Source: an uncultured Candidatus Saccharimonas sp.
GTDB taxonomy: Bacteria > Patescibacteriota > Saccharimonadia > Saccharimonadales > AWTP1-31
Length of the DNA stretch: 39,227 nt
Direction of reading: 5' to 3'
Assembly: GCA_943354005.1 (NCBI GenBank)
Contig: CALRBE010000008.1
Location: forward strand, 1-39,227
Position 1 is the stretch's first letter, and the number at the start of each line of letters is the position of its first letter. Below the pieces are notes generated by a model. The model ran no database searches. It had not been told where the DNA came from and saw only the letters and a program-made list of their open reading frames with translations. The translations under genes and the position numbers were made by a program. Below, piece after piece: positions 21,141 to 29,089 of the stretch.

Positions 21141-23600
21141 ATGAAGCGATACAATCCTAAAGATATTGAAGTTAAATGGCAGAAAAAATGGGATGCCGAT
21201 GGCACGTACAAGGTAGATCTTGATTCCGTAAAGCCAAAATACATTGGTTTTGGAATGTTTAACTACCCGAGTGGAGCCGGTATTCATGTTGGCCACGTAC
21301 GCGCCTTTACTATTCCCGACATCATGACTCGCGCTAAGCGCCAACAGGGATTTGCATCCTATCAGCCAATCGGTTGGGACTCGTTTGGTTTGCCAGCTGA
21401 AAACTATGCTATTAAGACTGGCGTTCCTCCTCAGGAGTCTACGAAGACTGCCATAAAGAAGTATCATGAACAATATCGAGCACTTGGCTGGGCTGTTGAT
21501 TGGACTAAAGAGATCAATACAACTGACCCGGAATATTACAAATGGACTCAATGGGTATTCACTAAATTATTTGAGCACAACCTAGCGTATCAGCAAGAGA
21601 GTCCTCAGTGGTGGTGCAATCAATGCAAGACAGTGCTAGCCGATGAACAAGTTCTTGGCGGAAAATGCTGGAGACATGACTCAGAAGAAGACCCACTTGT
21701 CTCTAAGCGCAATCTCAAACAGTGGTTCTTTAGAATTACTAAATTTGCCGATGAAATGCTTGAAGCAACAGAAGATCTTGATTGGACACAATCAGTTAAG
21801 GCATCACAACAAAGTTGGATCGGACGAAGTATTGGAGCAGAAGTATCATTCGCTATTGAAGGAAATAAAAAAGAACTTAAAGTTTTCACAACCCGCCCGG
21901 ATACTCTTTACGGTGCAACATTTATCGTCCTTGCACCCGAACATCCACTCGTAGCTGACATTACAACAGAAGAATATAAAGCCGATATTACGTCCTATGC
22001 CAAATCATCTATCGTAAAATCTGAAGTAGAAAGACAGCAAGATGCCGACAAAGAAAAGACTGGTCTTTTCACGGGAGCTTATGCTATCAACCCAGTAAAT
22101 AATAAAAAGATTCCTATTTGGGTCGCAGATTATGTCTTAATGGGCTATGGCACTGGGGCTATAATGGCAGTTCCAGCTCATGACGAGCGTGACTTTGCTT
22201 TCGCTAAGAAGTTCGATCTTGATATAACTAGGGTAGTTTCTAATAACGAGCCCGATGAAGACTGCACTCACGCTGAGGGTGTACTAATAAACTCCGAAGA
22301 GTATAACGGGATGTCTTCTGCTATAGCTCGTGAACAAATTGTTAAAGACTTACAAACCAAGAAAATAGCTCACGAAAAAGTAAACTACAGAATGCGTGAT
22401 TGGCTAATTAGCCGACAAAGATACTGGGGAGCTCCGATTCCAATTATTCATTGCGAATCTTGTGGTCCAGTTGCGGTTCCTGAAAAAGACTTGCCAGTAG
22501 AGCTGCCAAAAATTGAAAACTATCGTCCTACTGGCGGCTATGTATCGGTACTGGCTGGAGTTGAAGACTGGGTAAATGTACCGTGCCCCACATGCAATAA
22601 GCCAGGTAAACGCGAAACAGACACAATGGACGGCTATGTCTGCTCAAGTTGGTATTTCCTTCGCTACGTGGATCCAACAAACAGTGAGCAAGCTTGGAGT
22701 AGCGCTCGAAGTAAGCAATGGATACCAGTAGATTTTTATAACGGTGGTGATCATGCGACAGCCCACTTGCTTTATGCACGATTCTTCATGCGCTTCTTCC
22801 ATTCAATTGGTCTTGTCGATTCCCCTGAACCATTCAAGAGGATGATTTATCACGGTAAAATTAAAGCCGGAGATGGTTCTGTATTCAGTAAGAGCAAGGG
22901 CAATGGGATCGACCCACTAGAAGTAATCGAACAGGGCTACGGAGCTGACGCTATACGACTATATGAAATGTTTGCTGCGCCAGTTGAGCTTGCTGTCCTA
23001 TGGGATGAGCAGGGAATACCGGGCGCCTATAGATTCTTAAATAGAGTCTGGAATATCACTCAAGAGTTTCTTGCCTCATCTGAAGAGCAATTGGACGACA
23101 AAATAACCGCTGACATTAGGATGATTGAACATAAGGCGATTGCTAAAGTAACTGAAGATATAGATGGCGTACTTTTTAACACAGCGATTGCTGCACTCAT
23201 GGAAGCGGTTAATGGATTATACAAGCTTAAAGGCGAGGGTAAACTTAAGAAAGACGATGTATGGCAATCTGCTATTGAAAGTATTCTAATGCTACTTGCA
23301 CCGTTTGCCCCTCATATTACTGATGAGCTTTGGTCACAGCTTGGTCATGACGACAGTATCCATATTGATCACTGGCCAACACTTAATATCGATTACGTAA
23401 CACTAGATACGGTTACTTTCGTAGTGCAGGTAAACGGTAAGCTACGTGCACAAATCCAGTTACCAAAAGACAGTGAAAAAGAAGTTGTACTTACTGCCGC
23501 TAAGGAAGATGAAAACGTTAAGGAATATACAGCTAAAGGAAACCTGGTCAAAGAAATATTTATTCCAGGCAAACTTATTAACTTAGTTGTAAAAGACTAG
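21141..23600 (+). CDS. leuS: Leucine--tRNA ligase
   Basis: YPSGAGIHVGH, GWDSFGLPAEN, FTTRPDT, ISRQRYWG, VQVNGKLR. Confidence 0.97.
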   Translation: MKRYNPKDIEVKWQKKWDADGTYKVDLDSVKPKYIGFGMFNYPSGAGIHVGHVRAFTIPDIMTRAKRQQGFASYQPIGWDSFGLPAENYAIKTGVPPQESTKTAIKKYHEQYRALGWAVDWTKEINTTDPEYYKWTQWVFTKLFEHNLAYQQESPQWWCNQCKTVLADEQVLGGKCWRHDSEEDPLVSKRNLKQWFFRITKFADEMLEATEDLDWTQSVKASQQSWIGRSIGAEVSFAIEGNKKELKVFTTRPDTLYGATFIVLAPEHPLVADITTEEYKADITSYAKSSIVKSEVERQQDADKEKTGLFTGAYAINPVNNKKIPIWVADYVLMGYGTGAIMAVPAHDERDFAFAKKFDLDITRVVSNNEPDEDCTHAEGVLINSEEYNGMSSAIAREQIVKDLQTKKIAHEKVNYRMRDWLISRQRYWGAPIPIIHCESCGPVAVPEKDLPVELPKIENYRPTGGYVSVLAGVEDWVNVPCPTCNKPGKRETDTMDGYVCSSWYFLRYVDPTNSEQAWSSARSKQWIPVDFYNGGDHATAHLLYARFFMRFFHSIGLVDSPEPFKRMIYHGKIKAGDGSVFSKSKGNGIDPLEVIEQGYGADAIRLYEMFAAPVELAVLWDEQGIPGAYRFLNRVWNITQEFLASSEEQLDDKITADIRMIEHKAIAKVTEDIDGVLFNTAIAALMEAVNGLYKLKGEGKLKKDDVWQSAIESILMLLAPFAPHITDELWSQLGHDDSIHIDHWPTLNIDYVTLDTVTFVVQVNGKLRAQIQLPKDSEKEVVLTAAKEDENVKEYTAKGNLVKEIFIPGKLINLVVKD

Positions 23601-24004
23601 CCTTCGACTGTTAACAATTCAACTCTAGCAATATTAGCTTCTCCGCAAACACTAATCCGCTCGCCGTCAATAAGTTGATACAGAGTGCGATCAAATGTAT
23701 CGCTAGCAGATGTATTGCCATTAATTAAAGGAGCAATTTGGCTCGCTAACATGTTAGGATCATCATATCTACTGAAATCATCTCGCCCAAAGGACTGACA
23801 TACCTGAGGCTCGATATGGCTCGCTGCTAATACCAATCCTCCAAAGAACAGTATTGCTCCAGCTATTGCGGTGCGACCTGCGTTTCGGTTAACTCTATTA
23901 TCTCGTGAGGGAGGCGTATCAAGTATCACGGCACCATGAAGTGCAGCACGTAATCCGCGCCCAATAGTCTCAATTGGATTTGGTTTGTTAGTAGAATTAT
24001 TCAT
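23597..24004 (-). CDS. Hypothetical single-TM protein
   Basis: 135 aa, one hydrophobic helix, overlaps the upstream ORF stop. Confidence 0.55.
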   Translation of the reverse strand: MNNSTNKPNPIETIGRGLRAALHGAVILDTPPSRDNRVNRNAGRTAIAGAILFFGGLVLAASHIEPQVCQSFGRDDFSRYDDPNMLASQIAPLINGNTSASDTFDRTLYQLIDGERISVCGEANIARVELLTVEG

Positions 24005-24467
24005 TTTTATTAAAAGTTAGACCTAGTCTATTTATATTGCCCAGAAAAGTAATGCTCCCTGCCGGTGTCTTAAGCTTGTTTGCTTCGCGTAGTGCGATTA
24101 TGCCGTTATAAGCGTAATGTAAAACGTTATTCTCGATACTATCTAGCTCATTACGGCTCAAGGAATTCAAGTTATTCGCAAACTCAATACTAGCTTCTTT
24201 GACTAGATCTCTATTTTCAAATATGTTTTTACCATCGCTATTAGATATTCTCTCCCGTAGGTCATCAATTGCAAACTGTGCACGTTCCTCTACATGAAGA
24301 TTACGCATATCAATTATTTCTGCTAGGTCGATAAAATTATCAATAACTGGTCTACCAACATCCCATGAAAATTTATTGGATAAAGCCATGCGATCAGGGG
24401 CTTCTCCAGTCGTAACGGCTGCTATTTCGTGTAACGGAATCTTATTGAATTCAGGTATTGTAATCAT
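23997..24467 (-). CDS. Hypothetical protein
   Basis: 156 aa, preceded on - strand by TTGACT-17 bp-TATAAT. Confidence 0.65.
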   Translation of the reverse strand: MITIPEFNKIPLHEIAAVTTGEAPDRMALSNKFSWDVGRPVIDNFIDLAEIIDMRNLHVEERAQFAIDDLRERISNSDGKNIFENRDLVKEASIEFANNLNSLSRNELDSIENNVLHYAYNGIIALREANKLKTPAGSITFLGNINRLGLTFNKNE

Positions 24468-24591
24468 GTTATATATTATACCAAATAAACTCTATAAAGT
24501 CAATACAAACTATGACTTGAGTATTAGTCCAAAAAGCGTTATAATTAGTTTAATATCATAAAATTAATAAGCAACAGGAGCCTGTTTTACT

Positions 24592-24741
24592 ATGGGAAAA
24601 CCAAAGAAACGAACTAGTCCCCGCCGAACCGGCACCCGCCGAAGCCACCTTGTACTAACACTTGCACGTAAAGTTAATGGCAAATCACCAGTTAACGTGT
24701 ACACAACAAAGCGTGAGAGCGCAAAACCTGCAAGTAAATAA
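24592..24741 (+). CDS. rpmF: 50S ribosomal protein L32 (not in the ORF track)
   Basis: Hand translation MGKPKKRTSPRRTGTRRSHLVLTLARKVNGKSPVNVYTTKRESAKPASK; CAGGAG SD; upstream of nusB. Confidence 0.85.
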   Translation: MGKPKKRTSPRRTGTRRSHLVLTLARKVNGKSPVNVYTTKRESAKPASK

Positions 24742-24792
24742 GCATATCTACGATATACTAATAGTAGTTACGTAGACAGGAAATTAACAAAT

Positions 24793-25266
24793 ATGGCATC
24801 AAATCGTCATCTAGGCCGAATATTGGTACTACAGACACTATACGAATATGATTTTCGTAAAGACTGTGGCGATGAAGCTTTTGATATTAACGATGTCTTA
24901 GACCGCAACATTGCTCGTTACCACGATACTGTCGACGACCAAGATTTTATAAAAAATCTAGTAATCGGTGTTACAGAGCAAGCAAGTAATCTAGATAGTA
25001 CACTGCAACCTATTGCTCCTGAGTGGCCGATTGCAGATATCGCACGTATGGATCGTATAGTCCTAAGAATGAGCCTGTATGAACTCTTGAAAAATAAAGA
25101 AGTTCCGCCCAAGGTTGTAATTAACGAAGCCGTAGAACTGTCAAAGGCTTTTGGTGGGGATAATAGCTCTAAGTTTATCAACGGAGTACTTGGAACAGCA
25201 CTTCGTAAATATGAAGACGGCTCCCTCGAAATTCCGGCAGGCCTGAATAAGAAAGAAAAAGCATAA
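24793..25266 (+). CDS. nusB: Transcription antitermination factor NusB
   Basis: DRIVLRM, PPKVVINEAVELSKAFG, KFINGVL. Confidence 0.95.
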   Translation: MASNRHLGRILVLQTLYEYDFRKDCGDEAFDINDVLDRNIARYHDTVDDQDFIKNLVIGVTEQASNLDSTLQPIAPEWPIADIARMDRIVLRMSLYELLKNKEVPPKVVINEAVELSKAFGGDNSSKFINGVLGTALRKYEDGSLEIPAGLNKKEKA

Positions 25267-25775
25267 TGAAACGACCAGCCCCATTTGAAGGCATAAAGAA
25301 ATTTGTAAATAAACGTCGACCTGCTATTAGCGAAGTTGTACGTGAGCCCACTGCTGGAGGGGTAGTTTTTCGACGCGACAAAAACAAAGAAGTTGAAATC
25401 CTTCTAATCCAAGATGCAAAAGACCGCTGGACTATACCAAAAGGCCACATTGAAGAAGGCGAGTCATCTAAGGAAACTGCCGAGCGTGAGATAATGGAAG
25501 AGACAGGATTACAGAAGATGGACGTGCTTAACTGGCTTGGAAAAATAAACTTTCGCTATCGTAGAACAAATAGTTTGGTCCTTATGACAACAGAAATTTT
25601 TCTTGTGCAAGCCCAGGGCGATACCGACGCTCTTAAGCCTGAGGAATGGATGAATGGCATCAAATGGTTCCCAGCAGTTGAAGCATTAGATAAAATTGCC
25701 TACGAAGATATTGAAAAACTTATGTTGATCGGTCTTAAGAGGATACGATCAGGAAACTTAGGGTTATCATCATGA
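25266..25775 (+). CDS. NUDIX hydrolase
   Basis: GHIEEGESSKETAEREIMEETG Nudix box. Confidence 0.92.
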   Translation: MKRPAPFEGIKKFVNKRRPAISEVVREPTAGGVVFRRDKNKEVEILLIQDAKDRWTIPKGHIEEGESSKETAEREIMEETGLQKMDVLNWLGKINFRYRRTNSLVLMTTEIFLVQAQGDTDALKPEEWMNGIKWFPAVEALDKIAYEDIEKLMLIGLKRIRSGNLGLSS

Positions 25776-26473
25776 GACAGGACCACCAGGAATACATAAC
25801 TTTTGCACGCGACGTTCTAGGAGTTAAATATAACGATATCGAGCTGTTAGTTCGAGCATTTACGCACCGATCATATGTTAATGAGCACCGTAAAACTGTT
25901 ACAGAGCATAATGAACGACTAGAATTTCTAGGTGATGCAGTACTCGAACTTGTTGTAACCAGCTTCTTATATAGCAACTTTACTGATCCAGAAGGAGTAC
26001 TTACTAACTGGAGAAGCTCTTTAGTTAGAACTGAAAGCATTAGTGCTGCTGCTTCTCGTAATGACTTTGAACCTCTACTACGACTAAGTAAAGGCGAGAA
26101 GCGCGGTACTGCTCGTGCACGTGCTCAGATACTCGCAAACTGCTACGAAGCTGTCGTTGGCTCATTGTATCTAGATCAGGGCTACGAAGCAGTCGCACGC
26201 TTTATTCACGATAGCCTTATAACGACTTTCCAAGGCATATTAGATAGCGGCTCATGGATGGATCCAAAATCTCATTTTCAGGAAGCAGCACAGAGCAAAG
26301 AAGGCTCAACTCCTGTCTATAAAGTACTCAGTGAAATAGGCCCCGACCACGATAAGATATTCACTGTCGGAGTCTTTGTTAACGGAGAATTAAAAGGTCA
26401 GGGTGTGGGTCCAAGTAAACAGGCTGGTCAGCAAAAAGCAGCCGAAGTTGCACTTCAAGGATACAAGAGTTGA
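25772..26473 (+). CDS. rnc: Ribonuclease III
   Basis: THRSY, NERLEFLGDAVL, C-terminal dsRBD. Confidence 0.97.
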   Translation: MRQDHQEYITFARDVLGVKYNDIELLVRAFTHRSYVNEHRKTVTEHNERLEFLGDAVLELVVTSFLYSNFTDPEGVLTNWRSSLVRTESISAAASRNDFEPLLRLSKGEKRGTARARAQILANCYEAVVGSLYLDQGYEAVARFIHDSLITTFQGILDSGSWMDPKSHFQEAAQSKEGSTPVYKVLSEIGPDHDKIFTVGVFVNGELKGQGVGPSKQAGQQKAAEVALQGYKS

Positions 26474-26563
26474 CAACAGGGGCGGTTACCTGTAAAATAG
26501 TCTCTAAGTCTTTATATTAATGTAAACAACTATTTTTTATAGAAAGAGAGAGTAAAGCCTTAT

Positions 26564-26977
26564 ATGCTAGCCATTCGAATGCAACGTACTGGAAGAAAAG
26601 GACATGCAACATTTCGTGTTGTTGTTCAGGATAGCCGACTAACACCAACAAGCGGACGCTTTGTTGCGCAGTTAGGTCACTATGATCCGCACACTAAAAA
26701 TGCAAAGATTGATGCAGAAAAGGCAACATTTTACCTTTCACATGGTGCACAGCCATCTCAAAGAGTTGCACGTCTTATACAAAAAGAAGGTGTTAAACTT
26801 CCCGAATGGTTCACTCTTGATGCTCCAAAAGAACGAAAAGCACGAAATCCTGAAAAACTTCGTAGCCAGCAACCAAAAGAAGAAGCTGTTGCCCCAGAAG
26901 TACCTGCTGAAGTAGAAGAGACTGTTGCTCCAGAAGTAACTGAAGCTACTCCAGCAAAAGAATCTCAAGAAGACTAA
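26564..26977 (+). CDS. rpsP: 30S ribosomal protein S16 with acidic C-terminal tail
   Basis: IRMQRTGRKGHATFRVVVQDSR, GHYDP, GAQPS; TTGACA/TAAAAT promoter starting in the rnc stop. Confidence 0.95.
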   Translation: MLAIRMQRTGRKGHATFRVVVQDSRLTPTSGRFVAQLGHYDPHTKNAKIDAEKATFYLSHGAQPSQRVARLIQKEGVKLPEWFTLDAPKERKARNPEKLRSQQPKEEAVAPEVPAEVEETVAPEVTEATPAKESQED

Positions 26978-27054
26978 AAAAATAGTACAATTAAATTTGT
27001 ATACTGCATTGTTTGCTATACTAAAGATGTTACTAAAAACAGGAGTTATACAGT

Positions 27055-27513
27055 ATGAGTAGTATCGATCAACAGTTCGTAGAATATATAGTTAAATCAT
27101 TAGTGGGTAAGCCAGACGCTGTTCAAATAGATCGCCGAATTGACGATAAGGGTGTTCTTCTTGAATTAACAGTAGACCCTGAGGATCTTGGACGAATAAT
27201 TGGTAAAAGAGGTGCCACTGCACAGAGTCTACGTACTCTTTTGCGAGCCTTAGGTACGAAAAATGAAGAACGTTATAACCTTAAAATTATTGATAATGGT
27301 CCAGAAGATTACGTTCGTCCGGAACGCACTAACGAGGCTCCAAAAGTAGAGAACGACACTGAACGTACAAATATGGACGACGATAACGAGTCTACAGAAG
27401 AAATTAGCGTTGAAGCTCAAGAACCTGAAGTTGAAGAAGATATTGCAGCTGAGAGTGATCTAGCTAAGAAAACTCGACGTGAACTTGAAGATCTAGATGA
27501 TCTCGATATCTAA
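27055..27513 (+). CDS. khpA: KH-domain RNA-binding protein (KhpA/YlqC) with acidic tail
   Basis: DLGRIIGKRGATAQSLR GxxG KH motif; located after rpsP. Confidence 0.88.
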   Translation: MSSIDQQFVEYIVKSLVGKPDAVQIDRRIDDKGVLLELTVDPEDLGRIIGKRGATAQSLRTLLRALGTKNEERYNLKIIDNGPEDYVRPERTNEAPKVENDTERTNMDDDNESTEEISVEAQEPEVEEDIAAESDLAKKTRRELEDLDDLDI

Positions 27514-27555
27514 AAAAGACTTGCATTAGCATAACCATCCATTGTAAAATAGTAG

Positions 27556-27669
27556 AAGTCTAATCAAGACGATTTAAAAAACAAAAACGAATTTAGAAAG
27601 CTCATGCGAGCCATCGAAAGATGGGAGCTTTATGTGACAGACGGAACCCCCTAGGGGTTCTTTTTGTTT
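27556..27669 (+). ncRNA. Candidate structured small RNA 2 (family unknown) or trmD-upstream leader
   Basis: TTGCAT(27521)-18 bp-TAAAAT(27545) promoter; aaagctc/gagcttt stem enclosing ccatc-GAAA-gatgg; A-rich loop; terminator. Confidence 0.6.
27644..27669 (+). terminator. Intrinsic terminator
   Basis: gaacccc-cta-ggggttc followed by tttttgttt. Confidence 0.85.
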
Positions 27670-27716
27670 AAGCCTAAACTTTCAAAAAGACTTAAAATAT
27701 TGTAAAATATACATAT

Positions 27717-28367
27717 ATGAAGATTCAAATAATTACATTGTTCCCAGATATGTTTCCAGGCGTTATCGATAAGAGTATGCTATGGAAAGCCCAAGAACAG
27801 AAGCTACTTGATATAAGCTACGTAAACTTACGAGATTTTGGCCTTGGCCCACGCAAAACCGTAGACGATACGCCATATGGTGGAGGTGACGGTATGCTCC
27901 TTAAGCCTGAGCCTCTCTTCGCTGCGGTACGTCATGCAAAAGAACAGGATCCTAATGCTAAGGTGCTGCTAATGACCGCACGTGGTGAACGCTGGAAGCA
28001 GACAACCGCTCAAGCTGCTGCTGATCTAAACAACGGCTTAATAATTATATGTGGACGATATGAAGGCTATGACGAGCGTATAACGACACTTGTCGACATG
28101 CAAGTATCTATCGGCGACTACATACTTACTGGCGGTGAAATCCCTGCAATGGTCATAACAGACAGCGTTGTACGGCTAATACCTGGAGTACTAGGCGGCG
28201 CAACAAGTACTCTGATTGAAAGTTTTAGCGATGGCCATACACTGGAATTCCCTCAATATACTCGTCCAGAAGTATTTGAAGACATGAGTGTACCCAATGT
28301 TCTACTAAGTGGAAACCATTCAGAAATCAATAAGTGGCGCGAAGAAAATAGTAGCCAAGCAAAGTAG
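27717..28367 (+). CDS. trmD: tRNA (guanine-N1)-methyltransferase
   Basis: VDDTPYGGGDGM, CGRYEGYDER, SIGDYILTGGE, PQYTRP. Confidence 0.97.
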   Translation: MKIQIITLFPDMFPGVIDKSMLWKAQEQKLLDISYVNLRDFGLGPRKTVDDTPYGGGDGMLLKPEPLFAAVRHAKEQDPNAKVLLMTARGERWKQTTAQAAADLNNGLIIICGRYEGYDERITTLVDMQVSIGDYILTGGEIPAMVITDSVVRLIPGVLGGATSTLIESFSDGHTLEFPQYTRPEVFEDMSVPNVLLSGNHSEINKWREENSSQAK

Positions 28368-28368
28368 T

Positions 28369-28902
28369 TTAAACTTTATCTATTGTTCCGCAAGCAAGTC
28401 TTGGTCCACCGCTGTGTCCAGATCCTGACTCTCCAGGCGTATGTGGGTCGATATTAGCGTGAATCATTAGCGAAGTGCCTTCTGGTGCTGATTCTTTATC
28501 GAGTAATGATACAGGGCCGTCTGAGAGTGTTACACGAGTTGTAATCGCTTCTAGAATGCCGTGTCCTTTCGAATCAATCCTAATAGACGGAAGGTCACCT
28601 GAATGATAACCGTGATTTGCATCGGGATCTGTATTACCATTTGGACCGGGATCAAAATGTCCACCAGCACACTTAAAGCCATCACAATCACAGGACGCTT
28701 TTTCATGAATATGTACAGCATGTTGGCCCTCAGTAAATACACTAGGGTCAGCCGTTACTTCTAGTTTAATATGTACGTATTTTGAACCATCGACGTCAAA
28801 TTCAGTAAAATGCGCGATACCTTTAATTAATGCAGGCCCTTTCATATGAGCTACTGCCTTAGCGGATACTTTTTTATGATCAGCGTTTAGTGAAACTTCC
28901 AT
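28369..28902 (-). CDS. sodC: Cu/Zn superoxide dismutase without signal peptide
   Basis: HAVHIHE, AGGHFDP, HSGDLP, MIHA, GGPRLACG. Confidence 0.9.
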   Translation of the reverse strand: MEVSLNADHKKVSAKAVAHMKGPALIKGIAHFTEFDVDGSKYVHIKLEVTADPSVFTEGQHAVHIHEKASCDCDGFKCAGGHFDPGPNGNTDPDANHGYHSGDLPSIRIDSKGHGILEAITTRVTLSDGPVSLLDKESAPEGTSLMIHANIDPHTPGESGSGHSGGPRLACGTIDKV

Positions 28903-29027
28903 TATTTTGTCCTCACTTTTATAACTACGGCCATAGTAGCTAGTAATGCAAACAGCGCCCCACCAATAAAGATAGAAGCGCTGCTAGAACTATGCTCAAC
29001 CGAATGATTTGCTATTATTTGAAACAT
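28902..29027 (-). CDS. 41-aa single-TM peptide coupled to sodC (not in the ORF track)
   Basis: MFQIIANHSVEHSSSSASIFIGGALFALLATMAVVIKVRTK; AAGGAGG SD; TAATG overlap with the sodC start. Confidence 0.7.
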   Translation of the reverse strand: MFQIIANHSVEHSSSSASIFIGGALFALLATMAVVIKVRTK

Positions 29028-29089
29028 ATTGACCCTCCTTATATTATAGGGTCTATTGTAACCTAAATAACCTGCAAATTACGAAGTGA

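Noticed and set aside
27597-27631. c-di-GMP-I riboswitch or group II intron domain V resemblance of the GAAA hairpin
   Set aside because: No GCAAAC/GACGCAAAGC core or receptor helix, no D5/D6 geometry, and no intron ORF.
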